Assembly (NCBI RefSeq): GCF_009914755.1
Contig: NC_060926.1
DNA length: 64,000 nucleotides
Direction: 5' to 3' (one strand)
Source: the human T2T-CHM13v2.0 reference genome, Homo sapiens
The notes beneath the pieces are model-generated. The model had not been told where the DNA came from. It was given only the letters and a program-made list of their open reading frames with translations, and ran no database searches. How positions within the stretch are numbered: position 1 is the first letter of the stretch; the number at the start of each line of letters is the position of its first letter. The translations under genes and the position numbers were made by a program. Positions 14,809-27,980 of the stretch are shown piece by piece.

Positions 14809-14880
14809 ATTAAATGGGATGCCCGTAAAAAAGGAGCTTTGTGGATGACAGTAGGCCTTCAAGAGGAGGAACTCACATTT
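14809..14880 (-). CDS. SP110: SP110 exon 17 (72-nt in-frame cassette, start of bromodomain)
   Basis: KCEFLLLKAYCHPQSSFFTGIPFN; phase 0-0; skipping gives 689 aa. Confidence 0.95.
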
Positions 14881-15178
14881 CTGTAAAATGTGAAGAGGGC
14901 TTGAAAGTGAAATGCAGCTTAGAAACAGTGAAGCCAGGCGAGTGTCTAGACATGCACACGGATGGGGCAGCCAAGCCCAGTCAGCATTCCAGCCATGCTT
15001 CCCAAGGCGCACAGGGTGTGTGGGATTTTGTTTAGACTCTGAGTTTGGGCATTAAATCGTCATCCTTTAAAGGGAGACATTGAAGGCTCCCTTTGGTACA
15101 TTGCCCTGACCCTGTGCCTGTTTGTGCTTCTCGTGTGAGAAGGGAAAAGTATAGGTTTGGGGTTTGCATCCAACTCAC

Positions 15179-15287
15179 CAGCTGGTCCTGAGGCTGCATC
15201 TGCCTCTCCAGGGTCTTAGATACATGATGGCACTGTTGGCTTCCTGAAGACCTCTTCATCCTGCAGAAGGTGCAACTCCACAGCATC
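15179..15287 (-). CDS. SP110: SP110 exon 16 (end of PHD, linker)
   Basis: (R)MLWSCTFCRMKRSSG...QPQDQL; 109 nt. Confidence 0.97.
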
Positions 15288-15955
15288 CTGAGAGGTTGGA
15301 CACAAGGTGAGCAGAGGGCAAAGCCCCTGGAAATGGCCACCATTCCTGTGGCTGCCACTGTCTTCCCTCAGGAAGGATGGGCTCAGCCATGAGGGTGGGA
15401 CACCTCCCAGAGTGTCCAAGATCCCCACATGGGGTCTCCAGCATTGGCCCTTCCCTCGCATCAGTGGTAGCGGCAGGCGGGCAGCCTGAGGAAGGTGGTG
15501 TCACTGTTAAGTGTGGGCTCTCTTTTCCCTGTCTGAGCTGCTGGGAGCACAAAGGAACCCTGCCTGCCAGGCTTGAGTGTCAGAATCTGGGCTTTCACCT
15601 GCAGGGACCTCAGGCCTCCATCAGCCAGGTGAGACTATGGTGAAATGTGTGACAAGCCGTGCTTCCTGTCTTTCCTCAACAGGCACAGAACATAAGCTGG
15701 CTTTTCCCGTCCCCTCCTCCTTTTGGACAGGAGTCCCTGCTGTCCAGGGAATAGCATACTAGGAAAGGGCACTTCCAGGGGCAGAAGCAGTGTGGGGCCA
15801 AGAGGCTCACTGGCAGTCTCAGAGACCCAGAGAGGCCCAGAGTCTCTGGCACCAGACTGCTCTGCGTCACACCCTCGTCCCCGACGCTCACAGGTCCTGC
15901 CCTTTCCATCTGGAGGTGAGTGCTGTGTGCCCGAGGCGGGGCTGCATCCCACTCA

Positions 15956-16099
<144 letters not shown>

Positions 16100-16599
16100 C
16101 TAGGACCATGGAGACCCACGAATGCTGACCCTGTGGGGTTCTAGAACACATCATTTTTGTGTGTGCCAGAGTGGATATCCAAACCCAATTTTTGATGGGG
16201 GGAGCTGATGCCACCTCCCTGGGGGAAATTGCAAGACAAATGGCACAACAAGCAGAGAGTCTGGGTGGTGACCGCCGCCACCAGGACTTTTCTTCTCTGG
16301 CTGTGGCTTGCCAACAGGTTCTGCTGCGTTTTGAGCTGTGCTGCTGCCTGCTGGCAAGCTTGTGCTTTGAGCTGGGCCACTCTGGGCGCATTTGCTGAGC
16401 CCACCAGGCCTCTATTAATAGATCTGACTGACCAAAGTAAGAAATGATGATAACTGGCATTTGGGTGCAGGAGTATGGGAACTGTTGTTCCTGGTGCCTT
16501 GCCTAACTGCCCCATGGTCGTAACATAACATGGCCCTAAAATGTTCCACAGTGGGCATGGATGCTATGACCCAGTAAATAACACATTAAAATAATTAAA

Positions 16600-17950
16600 A
16601 TTAAGTTACCTTTGGCACTTACAATTGGCTTTACAAAATGGAACTCTATGGACCTTCTCTGTTAAAATATTTAATACTGATCAATATGAATTAAAACACG
16701 GCTTTCAAGGATTGAAACTCATTATGGAAGATCTATTTAGAGAAAGGGTGATTATCCCCACTGTTTCTCCATTTAACAGCCCAATTTGGTCTGTTCTTAG
16801 GCTTGGAAAGAATGAATGGTGCCTCTCGGTGAATTACTACAACCTGAATCCTGTGACCCCACCTGTGATGGCCCAATGTTATTGAAATTACTGACTCCAT
16901 CCACTTAGCAAGTGGTAAATACTCTGCAGGCATAGATTTGACTAATGTGTTCTGTTCAGCGCCTATTTCAACAGATCTCAGCTGCAGGTTGCTTTCACCC
17001 CCGAAGGGACACAATAGACCGTTATCTGGCTACCACGGGGTACCTCGACAGTTCTGCCACCATACACAATCTTTGCAGGCAGGATTTGAACTGCATCTGA
17101 CATTCTCTAGGAGTACAGGTGTAACATCACCCTGAAGACACCCTTCTTTCAGCAAATTCATTTGACACACTCAGGACATTACTCACAAAGAACTCATAGA
17201 AAAGGATGGGGTTTGTGTTTCCACATGGTGGGATTAAACTAAAACAAAAAAGTATGGGCCACTGCCCCAGGCATAGTACAGGGATCCACACCAATTTCTG
17301 GCCATTGTCTGGTCAGTTGAGGGATGCTCCATCCCTGACACTGTCAAAAAATAATTATTGACCCTCTGAGTACTCACAGTGTTCTAATAAACCTCCCAGC
17401 ATCCTTCAGGCCTCTTGAGTTCAAGGAAACACATCCTTCATTTGTAGATTTTAGGTAAGCCCATTTACGCTGTTACTTGCAAAATAAGCCCACTTTGAAT
17501 GGGGCCCCTTCTAACAAAAGGTTCTAGAATCTGTCAAATTGCAATACAGCAGACATTAGTGCCCTCCTGAGTCTCATTCACTGTGGAAGCTTTGGCAACC
17601 TCCTCTCATGCCTCCTGGCATCTCTGGACCACCCATGATGGCCATGGGCTTCTGATACAAAAAAAAACCAAAACCCCAAAAGCTGTTCTCCTCAGCCTCA
17701 CACTATATGCTGATAGAGTGGCAACTGCTGGCTGCATCCAAGCCCTTCTGGAGACGGAGGCTCTCACAGGCCAAGTCTGTGGCTCTTTACACCAGCTGCC
17801 CATCATGTGTGGGTCATGGAGGCAGCACGCTGCAGGGCAACCACAAAACACATTTTGGGAGTACCAGCATCGGTCTCTTTGTTGTACACATACATAAGTG
17901 AGACTGCAGTGGAGACAGACGGACGTGCTGCCGAGCAGCAGTGACACTGG
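16600..17950 (+). mobile_element. Degenerate ERVL-class (class III) pol (reverse transcriptase) relic, antisense to SP110
   Basis: Translations IIPTVSPFNSPIWSV...EWCLSVNYYNLN and IDLTNVFCSAPIS match retroviral RT motifs SPFNSPIWPV, WRxxVDYRxLN and IDLxxAFFSIP; many stops and frameshifts. Confidence 0.8.
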
Positions 17951-19058
17951 ATGATGGGGCTGAGGGCAAGGCCCGCACTGGCTCATTCTCAGTCGGGTAA
18001 ACCTTCATCTTATTCTCCCAACCTGGCCCTGGAAGGTGGGACTGAGAGGCTGGGTCAAGCATGCCCCTGGCTATTATGAGCTGACATGTGGCATTAGGAG
18101 AGTTAGAGGGTATTACCATGTTGGGGCTATTAATTAATGATCTGGATTTTAAAGATTTTTTTTTTTCTGGTTGCAAAAGTAACAAATGGTCATTATAGTA
18201 ATTCCAATTGTACATAAAGGTATAATACAGAAGGCATATGTCCCTGTGATCTCATCTCAAAATAAGTGCAGTTGATTCTTTTGGCTATTTTTTCACTCAT
18301 AGACCTACCTACACGTTCACATAAGCAACAATGGGTTCCTTCCCCACACGTCACAACTAGCATTAAGTGTCCTGAAGCTCTCCTGACCACAAAACCATTT
18401 GGTGGCTTTCCATTGATTGAAGGATAACTCCATACTTATGAATCCATGTATTTAAACAAATATCTATATCAAAGGTCTAATATTCTATAAGAAAAGTTTA
18501 AAAAAAAACCATTCTGTAGCTGTATCAGTTTATTCTGCAATACTGATAGAACTTGTGTTCGTCCCTAATTTTTTGCTATTATGATGTTACACTGAGCACC
18601 CCTGATTCTCAGGGTATTTCAGACCAGCATGGGAAAGATGATTTATATAATAGATGGCATTGGGAGACCAGTGCCTTAAACTTTGAATGAATCCAGCCTG
18701 GTCAGGCCAGCCTCCAGGGCAAGATGGGGGAGGCACCATTGTCTCTGCTGGAAGTTCACAACTAACGGGAAGCTCATGAGTGGAGCTGATGTGTCTGGAG
18801 AACACATCTAAGCAAGTAGAGGAGGTTGAGGAGGGGGAGTTAGTGCAGCCAATAGATGACTGCCATTTCCAGCTGTAGGGATGCCCTGTAGAGACAAAGC
18901 TCAGTTCAAAGGCGTCATTCCATCCTGGTGCTACCAATAAGAAGCATGGAGGATTCAGCAATACTCAGTATGCAATCATGGATGATCCTCTTGTCCTTTC
19001 ATATACTGTTCCTGTCTATTTCAATGCCTTTTCTTTTGCTTTTCATGCTGCAGCATTC

Positions 19059-19506
19059 TTTTTTTTTTTTTTCTGAGACAGGGTCTTGCTCTGTTGCCCC
19101 AGCTGGAGTGCAGTGGCATGATCTCGCCTCACTGCAACCTCTGCCTCCAGAGCTCAAGTGATCCTCCCACCTCAGCCTCCTGAGTAGCTGGGACTACAGG
19201 TGCATGCCACCATGCCTGGCTAATTTTTGTATGTTTTGTAAAGAAGGGGTTTTGTCCTGTTGCCCAGGCTGGTCTCAAACTCCTGGGCTCAAGGGATCCA
19301 CCCACCTTGGTCTCCCAAAGTGCTGGGATTACATCGCTCTGTATAGCAATACAGAGTCTCACTATATCACTCAGGCTGGTCTTGAACTCCTGGGCTCAAG
19401 CAATCCTCCTACCTCAGCCTTAGCTGGGACTACAGGTGCACACCACCATTCCTAGTTGATTAAAAAAAAATTTGTTAGAGATGGGGTCTTGCTATGTTGC
19501 CTAGGC
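19059..19506 (-). mobile_element. AluJ plus adjacent Alu fragments
   Basis: Reverse Alu 19059-19331 then partial arms 19351-19506. Confidence 0.85.
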
Positions 19507-19777
19507 TTAGAGCATTTTATTTCTGACACCTTTGGTTTATAGCCATCCAAATATCCAGATCTTTTTCTAAAACACATGGACATGATGAGCTTTTTCATTT
19601 AATTTTTATTTTAGAGTCATTTGCTTCCCCATCCCAAATTAACTATGCAAATTAATTGTTTTGAAGATGCCATGCCCAAATGTGGAGGTGACTCAGAGCT
19701 TGGAAACTCAGAAGCTCTAAGGTGAGCCTCCAGACAGGGAAAGTCTGCAACATGGTGACTGAGAGGGTAGTAGAAAT

Positions 19778-19837
19778 TCACTTGCTATTTAACTCTCTCT
19801 TGAGATTTATTCTTGGAGGACAGAGCAAAAGTCCACT
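19778..19837 (-). CDS. SP110: Alternative terminal exon of short isoform SP110b (549 aa; no PHD or bromodomain)
   Basis: ttctgtctttcag|AGT...SGLLLCPPRINLKRELNSK-TGA; 530+19=549 aa; minus-strand AATAAA at 19605-19610 and 19516-19521. Confidence 0.92.
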   Translation of the reverse strand, partial: SGLLLCPPRINLKRELNSK

Positions 19838-20650
19838 CTGAAAGACAGAAGGAGTCAATGAATGAGGTTATTCTGGAGGTTTTTCTTTTGTAGATACTGG
19901 CCTTCCCACTTCCTAGTGAATGTCTGTACCCAGACATCACACTGGATCTCAAACCCAAGAAGTCAAAAAGAAAAATTAGCTCCCTCCCCCAGTCAGTTTT
20001 TCTTCTGGACCTCACTTAGTGATAAAATCACTTTTTCCCCTGTCACTCAAACCCACGACCCTAGTTCTTCTTTCTTAACCTTTCCCATCCATTCCTTTCT
20101 CCTTCCATTTCTCCCTCTCTAGATTAAAATCTTTAGGATTTCATCCTAGTGATAATTTCTTGAGTGTTGCTGAGAGAGGCCTTGTGTTGGGTCCTGTCAT
20201 CATAGACACTAGTTGTTCTCAGGACAGGAATAGTGTGCTGTGGACATGCAGCGGAGAGACAGACCACGGACTGGGCAGCCTGGAAATGCTGCAGGGGGGC
20301 CAGATGAGCTGGGCCTTGAGTAGATGTCAGGTAGAGGATGCAGGGGAGTGGTTGCAGGCATCTGTCTTCAGCTAGTTTCTTTTTAGGTTCTTACATCTCT
20401 CTTCACCTCAAAGCCCTTTGCCGGCATTTAAAGTTCCTGTACTCCTTTACTTGCATTTAAAGTTCTCCACCATCAGGAACAATATGTGCTCCTAACTTTG
20501 TCACCCACAGTTTTTTTTCTATGAACATTTAACTCCTTATAAATCATGCTGTTGAATCCTAACGGGAGCTCTTCACATTTCTGCTCTTAAAGCTCCACTT
20601 CTCCTTCAAGGATTTAAACCTGTCACCTATCTGTCCCGTCATTATAATAC

Positions 20651-20793
20651 CTTCAGCAGCTCTCCTAGGGTCATTCCTTCACAACGTATATTCCGTTTCC
20701 AGTTCTTTGCGTTCCTTCCTTTTCCTTCGACTTCAAATTCATTTGGTGTTAACCAAGTTCCATCCTCATTCCGAATGCACTTCACTGAGGATC
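20651..20793 (-). CDS. SP110: SP110 exon 14 (SAND domain with KNWK motif and LGELL LxxLL box)
   Basis: (G)SSVKCIRNEDGTWLTPNEFEVEGKGRNAKNWKRNIRCEGMTLGELLK; 143 nt. Confidence 0.97.
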
Positions 20794-21269
20794 CTGTAAG
20801 AAAAAGCCCATTCTTGGATCTACCCCCATCCTCTGTGAATTCACCCTGAACCTCTTCATCCTAATTGTGGCCTTCTACCTTTCCAGGTCAAGAGAGACTT
20901 CCTCTGTGAGGTGGAAGGAGTAGCAGGGGAGTCTGCGGGCCTCTTCTCTTGGACTGAAGCCAGCCCTAAAGCCTGACTGAGTGGTGAGGGGTGGGACAGA
21001 ATGTGCATTCGTGTAGTGCCTACATGCAGCAAGGACATGGCTGTCAGTACAGCAGGGCCCATGGGTGACTTCCAGGTGGGAGTGGAGGGTCTGATTGCCA
21101 GAAATACCATGATGTGGAAGAGTTTGGAAATTCCTTCCTAAGAAGCGTTTCTTCTGCAGTCTAGCTAGCAGGGTCCATTTCCTGATCAATTACACACACG
21201 GGTATTTTCCTCCCTTCTAGTGAGTCCTTCATCTAGGGATTCCAAAGAGCAGAAGACCAAGGAACTCAC

Positions 21270-21368
21270 CGTGTTTCATTTTCTTCTTATATAAAATCCC
21301 TTTCGCCTCACCACAGGTCACGGGGAGCTTAGAACAGTGAAAATCCACAGTGTCACTTTTGGGTTTTC
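21270..21368 (-). CDS. SP110: SP110 exon 13 (SAND domain, N-terminal part)
   Basis: (G)[32 protein letters not shown]; 99 nt. Confidence 0.97.
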
Positions 21369-24300
21369 CTTAAAGTAGAAGAGAACAGTTTTGTGTTATT
21401 CAGTCTTCACTCCATCTTCCTTTTGAATTCTCCCCTCCATGAATTCCAATAATGTACAGGGTATTGGGGAACGTTCTCTGGTTAGTTTGCAGGAACTCTT
21501 TCATCTCGAGTGACAGATAAGCTATGTGTACACAGTGGCCTGCAACAAACCACCACTGCCACCAACACTATATCAAAAAAAAAAACATTTTAGTGGAACA
21601 TATAGGGCATCTTCAGTGAATGTGTCTTAATTTGCAAGTGAATTGGCTGTCACTGAATAGTCTTCTATTCTATAAGCATCCTGCTGATCTCTCTGTGCTG
21701 ATGGAAATGTTTCTTTGCATTCATGTTGCCAGAGGAAAAAAAAATCTTCATTTATAATCTTATTTCCTGACTTAAATGAAGACTTGGGTGAGTGAGGTGG
21801 CTGGCACTGAGGGGATGGTGTCAGTCTTAATTATTTGCTGTTTCTTTTCATTTTATTGCTTCCCTGCTTCTTCCTCGATGAATAAAAGAAAACCCTGGAG
21901 AGCTTTGAACTAATTTCCCAGTTGCTCATGGAGCAGTCTGGCAACTCAGAACCCCTGGGTAGAAATCCAGAGTTTAGATTCAGGGGAAGCAGTTGCAAGA
22001 GGGTTTAAAATAAATCTCAGCAATTCCTGCTGCCTTCCCCTCCAACCTCACTATGGGTGAATTCATTAAAGAGAGACAGCAGGGGCTGTTTCTCTGGGGA
22101 GAAATGAAGGGGCTGTCCATGTCTTATGTTGAGTTACAGAGGATGTTACACCTAAAATGAATCTAGGAGAACACCTGGTCCAACTCTCTCCCTTGCCTCA
22201 AACAGTTATTGAAAGAGCTAAAGGAAAACAAATGGCAAAACAAGAGCATTGACGGAAAGGTGAAGGAACAGTATCAGCGGCGAAGAAGCCATTCATTTCT
22301 CTGGAAAGACACAAGGCAGATAGAGTGAGACTGAGAGAGGAGGGACCCTGAGAAGTGAGGATGTGATCCCCCCGACAGAACCCTACAGGATGCCTGGCCT
22401 CACAGGAGCAGGGGCTGGCAGCAAGGCTAGGCATGGGGGTGGAGGGTAGGGGGGGTGTGGGAACTTACGGTGGGAAAAACTTTGTTTCAACAGCCAGCCC
22501 TCTTGCATGGAGTGGCCAGCTCCACCATTTGTCTCTAGACTCAACTCAGTAAATATGGAACAGCAGATGAGAGCGTGGCCTTGGGAGCCAGACTGGGGGG
22601 CAGGGAGGAGTGGGGGTGGGAGGGGCTTGTAATCCTGGCTCTGCAACTTACTAGAAGGATTACCTAAGCGTGCATTACTGTTATCAAATTTGAGTGGGAA
22701 ATTTGCTGCCGCAGGTTCCTAATGTGAGGGAAAGGCAGAGCTCCAGGTGACTCTGGACCACTATTGCAAACCTTGAGGGAGATTAGCACAGCTCTGGGGA
22801 CCTTCCCTTCTACAGTTCTCTGTCTCCACAGAAATGTCTTCTCTAATTCCCTGTGGTGAATATAGCTTTAGGGAACACAAATGTCCCAAACACATTCACA
22901 AGCAGATGAGGGAGCAGGGGGTGGCTTTGGGGGCCACGGGTAGCAAGCTGATGTGCAGAGTTGTGAGGACAAACATCAGTCCCTTCCTTACCCAGTGGAG
23001 GCAGGCCATCAAGTGAGGTGGGGCCTTTAGACCCGAGGACTTCCAAAGCCAACTGTCCTATGCCTGAGGGCAGCCTGTTCCTAATAGTGCTAAGTCTGGC
23101 TCAGCCTCACCTACTCATCTTACCAACCAGGCCTTGAAGGATGGAACCCTGCAGCCCCAGGAACCCGGTGGGGGATGCTTGGGGCTCTCTAACGGCAGCT
23201 GGCTTGTTTGAAAGGTGAGCTGCAGCAGCGGTGAGTTTAGGTCCCCATTAGGAAGCATGAGCAAACAATGAGGAGCCTGCTGTGAAAAGCAAGCAATTAG
23301 AGAACAGAGAGCTCAGGGAAAGGAAAAGCAAGGTGGAGAAAACTAAGAAGAAAAGCCTAATCGAGATGAGGAATAGCGGCATGGTAAAAAACGAATTCAT
23401 AATCCAGAAGACCAACTCCAGGAATTCCTACAGAACATGAGGAAGGAGCACAAGGTGGAAATTATGCATGGAAAGACCACAGGCCTGGGGAGTGATTTGG
23501 GAGCTCTATGATGTATACATGAGGGGTCTGGGGAGGGGATGATTGGGGGTGGAGATGGGGCGGTGGGAGGAAAAGTGATAGTCAAGGAAACAGTAAGAGC
23601 AGCAGATGCACTGTGTCATCTATCCGCATAACAATGTGTAAGAAAGAGAAGGCAATGACTGTCCTCATTTTATAGATGAGGGACTTGGGGTCAGATGTGG
23701 AGAGAGAATTGCCGGTGGTCACCATATTACATGAGGTGGAGCTGGCACTGGAATTTACACATGCCAGACCCAGTATCTAGCGCTCTTTCCACATCATCAG
23801 AAATGCCACGAGACTGCACATCATACAAGCAACAACAGCACAGATACTCTGCATTTAATGAGAAGTTACAGACAGTGCAGAAGGGAGAAGAAACTGATGC
23901 TGAGGGACAACTGTCAACGTTTGCCGGGGCTCCTGCCTCCACCAGTGTTTGAGAGTAGGTGCTTTCTAGGTTCATTTACATTTTTAGTGTAAAGGAAAAA
24001 GGGCTTGAAATTGGAACACATAGGTTGATTTTAGCTCATTCAAGTCTTTTGCCCTTTAATTGAATCTGTAAAATGGGCTGATAACACTCACTTATTATGG
24101 TAATTAAATGGCAAAATGTAGATCAAAGTGCTTTGCCAACTGTGAAGTAATGTACACATTTATATGGTTATCAGGACCACTGCATGAAGTTGTATGGGTT
24201 GTGCCCTGAGCAAGGACTCCACCTTTAAGGGGTGCTCTAATTCATATTAGAAACAGAATCAGTTTACCTGCTTAGTACAACAATCTTCCAGCAGAAGGCA

Positions 24301-24669
24301 GAAAAGGGTTTGGTTTCAAGAATTGGCTCTGACAGATGACGTAGTGAATTGAGGAAGGGGCACCTTTTTCTAACTCACACACATGCATCAGATAGGCCCA
24401 GATACTGGTATTCATACTTGAAGAAGTACCAGCTGTGTGAGGCATGGGGAGCTGGACATACAGCAACACACAAGACCCATCCACTTACTGACCTCACGTG
24501 ACTTTCACGCAGTGAACAGGCTGTGCACAGATCATTCATCACAGTTAAGATAAGTGCCATGAAGACAAAATGCAGGTCTCCACAAGGGCATGTCAGGGAG
24601 ACCCACCCCTACCTGCTGGGAGAGAGAATGCTTCCCTGTGGAAGTGACATTTAAGGTGAGGTCTGAGGG

Positions 24670-25586
24670 CAAAGGTCTAATATCCAGAATTTACAAGGAA
24701 CTTAAACAAATTTACAAGAAAAAAACAAACAACACCTTTAAAAAGTGGGCAAAGGACATGAACAGACACTTCTCAAAAGAAGACATTTATGCGGCCAATA
24801 AAGATATGAAAAAAAGCTCCACATCACTGAGCATTAGAGAGCTGCAAATCAAAACCACAATGAGATACCATCTCATGCCAGTCAGAATGGCGATTATTAA
24901 AAAGTTAAGAAACAACAGATGCTGGCAAGGCTGTGGAGAAATAGGAACACTTTTATACTATTGGTGGGAATGTAAATTAGTTTAACCATTGTGAAAGATC
25001 TCGAAGCAATTCCTCAAAGACCTAGAACCAGAAATACCATTTGACTCAGCAAGCAATCCCATTACTGGGTATACACCCAAAGGAATATAAATCATTCTAT
25101 TATAAATATACCTGCATGTGTATGTTCACCGCAGCACTATTCACAATAGCAAAGACATGGGCTCAACCTAAATATCCATCAATTATAGACTGGATAAAGA
25201 ATATGTGGTACATATACACCACGGAATACTATGCAGCCATAAAAAGGAACAAGGTCATGTCCTTTGCAGGGGCATGATTAGAGCTGGAAGCCATTATCCT
25301 CAGCAAACTAATGCAGGAACGGAAAACTAAACACCACATGTTCTCACTTATAAGTGGGGGTTAAACAATGAGAACACATGGACACAGGGAGGAGAACAGC
25401 ACACACTGGGGCCTATCAGGGGAGCAGGAGGGAGAGCACCAGGATAAATAGCTAATGCATGTTGGGCTTAATACCTAGGGGATGGGTTGATAGGTGCAGC
25501 AAACCACCATGGCACACATTTACCTATGTAACAAGCCTGCACATCCTGCACATGTATCCTGGAACTTAAAATAAATATTTTTAAAA
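24670..25586 (+). mobile_element. 5'-truncated L1PA (ORF2 end plus 3' UTR) with 17-bp TSD
   Basis: [11 protein letters not shown]...TTMRYHL ORF2 peptide; perfect TSD aaggtgaggtctgaggg at 24653-24669 and 25587-25603. Confidence 0.93.
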
Positions 25587-26682
25587 AAGGTGAGGTCTGA
25601 GGGTGTATAGCAAAGAAAGGGAGGAGGATAGGGGGATTCGCTTTGGGGTTGGGTGGGTGAGCTGGGAGGCCCATGTGAGGAGGCCCTGAGCAGGAACAAG
25701 GTGGGAGCATTCGGTATCTGATGACCTATGCTGTGAGGAATCAGGCTGGTGTGACCCTAGAGACACGGGTAGGGGTGGTTTATGGGTGTTGGTGACATCC
25801 TGTGTCTTGAGCTGCGTGCTGGGTGTGCGGGTGCATTTTCTGTGTGTGTGAATCCATCAAGCTGTACTCTTAGGATACATGCCATTTTCTGCAAGCACAT
25901 ACACCAGTGCTACTCAGTGCTCCAGCCTACGATGCGACAGGGGCTTGATCAGAATCAATGCACTGCTGTCTCCACTGAGGAATCTTGCTATGAAAACAGT
26001 GTGCTTAGCGTCACAGTTAGTTTACAAGCTCCTTATTCTCGTAGACCTGCCAACCAACATGCTTGTAGATGGCACCAGTCTGGGGACCCCACCTTGGGTA
26101 GCACCTATTATACTTTGATAATGAATAAAAAGGGCCAGTGTGGCTGGCGCCTAAAAAAGGAAGAGAGGGTGACAAGAAATGATGCTGAAGAAGCAAGGTA
26201 TAAAAGCAGAAGAAAAATAAATGCAAGAAGAGGAGTGGGAGGGAGAGGACAGAGATGCAAAGAGGGCCGAGGGTGCAGAGAGGCTGAAGCAAGCCCAGGG
26301 TCCCAACCAACACAGGAAAAGGAATGAGAACACTGTTAGGCTGTGCTTGAATAAGGGTTTCCTTTAATTCCTAGAATGGAAGACATAGAAGTTCATTTTA
26401 GAATTTGACTTAAAGGTTTAGTGATCATCCTTAATCATTTTTGGGTCTTTGTATAGCTCTGTGTTAAAGAATCCTTCCAAGTATGGAAATGGCCACCATG
26501 CACAAGGGGGTGGGTTAGGCTGGCAGCACTCCTGATGCACCCAATTCAGCTGGTACCCATGACGGTGGAGAACAACTTTGGAGGAGAAGGGAGAGAGAAG
26601 AAGGAGAGGGCGGGTGGAGCTTCCAGCAGAGGCCAGGGCTCTGGGGAGCCCAGTGGGGAGGCGCTGTGGCTTGCTTGCTTAC

Positions 26683-26751
26683 CTCTTCGGTGAATATTTT
26701 TCTGAAATCTCCTTTTTGAGCTTGAACAGATATCTTTCTCCTTTTTCTTTT
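26683..26751 (-). CDS. SP110: SP110 exon 12 (basic)
   Basis: (E)KKKEKDICSSSKRRFQKNIHRR; 69 nt; paralogue of exon 8. Confidence 0.96.
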
Positions 26752-27027
26752 CTAAACACAGAATTAATAATCACTTATAGCTACAAACATAGATTTATAA
26801 GCCTCATAGGTTAACAATCTTCAAGCATTTTTTCCTGTTTTTCTACCAGTTTGGAGAGACAAGTTACATATGAGTCCTTATGAAAGGACTTCCTTGTAGC
26901 ATTGACTAAGGAAATACAGCAAGCTCATGTTAATAGGCAGAAAAGCTAAAAATACTACAGAAGCCAAATTTCCACTAATTAATATATGTCAATACATTTA
27001 CTACAAATACTAGAATAAAGGGATGTA

Positions 27028-27391
27028 CAGGAGTCCCCCCTTATCCACACGGCATATGTTTCAAGCCCTCCAGTGGATGCCTGAAACCATGGGTAGTGCC
27101 CACCCCTGTAGATACTATGTTTCTTCAATCTGATAACCAAGACAGCTACTAAGTGACTGATGGGTGGGCTGCGTATACAGCAGGACACACTGGACCAAGG
27201 GATGATTCGCATCCCCGAGTGGGATACAGCAGGATGGTGCAAGACTTTGTCACGCTACTCAGAACAGCGCATCATTTTTAACTTATAAATTGTTTATTTC
27301 TGGAACTTTCCATTTAATATTTTCAAACTGCAGTTGACTTCAGGTAACTGAAATCATGGATCAAAAAACTGCTTATAAAGGGGGGCTACTG
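27028..27391. mobile_element. MER2 (Tigger-type MITE)
   Basis: TIRs cag.agtcccccctta / taaaggggggctactg with TA target duplication. Confidence 0.85.
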
Positions 27392-27451
27392 TATGGCCTT
27401 ATAAATATCACATAGGAAGGGCTTTTTAAGGAGGAAGTAATGGGCATAAAG

Positions 27452-27663
27452 CAGTGGTTAACACTGGGTGATTTTGCTCTCAGGGGATATCTGGCAATGT
27501 TTGGAAATCTATTTGTTTGTCAGGACTGGGAAGCAGGTGCTACTGGCATCTAATGGGTAGAGGCCAGAGATGTCGCTAAACATCCCATGACACACACGAC
27601 AGCCTCCGAAGCAAAGAATTATTCAGTCCAAAATGTCAATAATGCCAAGATTGAGAAACTCTG
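27452..27663. mobile_element. MER20 (hAT-Charlie)
   Basis: ggcaatgtttgga...tggcatctaatgggtagaggccagagatg...aaatgtcaataatgccaagattgagaaactctg. Confidence 0.85.
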
Positions 27664-27980
27664 GCATAAACCATACTGCTAAAGGTAAACTGATTTGTCT
27701 ATCTAACTAAGCAAATGGCTCCACAACCAAAAGCTTCTTAAGTTCAAAGACAGAAACCAAATCAGAAAAACTAATAATTATAACAAAGGGTTAATTTCCC
27801 TAACGGATTTAACAAAAAAAAAATGGCCAGTCTTATAGAAAAATGGGCAAATTCAAACAGATGACCCTCAAAAGAAAAAATTCCAATGTCAAATTTATTT
27901 AAAAAACAGGTAAATTGGTAACGATAGGCTAGGTAATGCTGTGGTAATTCACGATCCTCCCAAATCTCAGTGGTTTATTA

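Noticed and set aside
14437-15012. 191-aa and 144-aa (13512-13946) minus-strand ORFs
   Set aside because: They are SP110 exons 17 and 18 read through into intron and Alu sequence, not separate genes
22430-22630. G-rich tracts with G-quadruplex potential
   Set aside because: Common in introns, and no supporting context is visible
25782-26327. 181-aa plus-strand ORF
   Set aside because: Starts in a decayed L1M tail, has a low-complexity purine-rich end, no domain and no splice or promoter support
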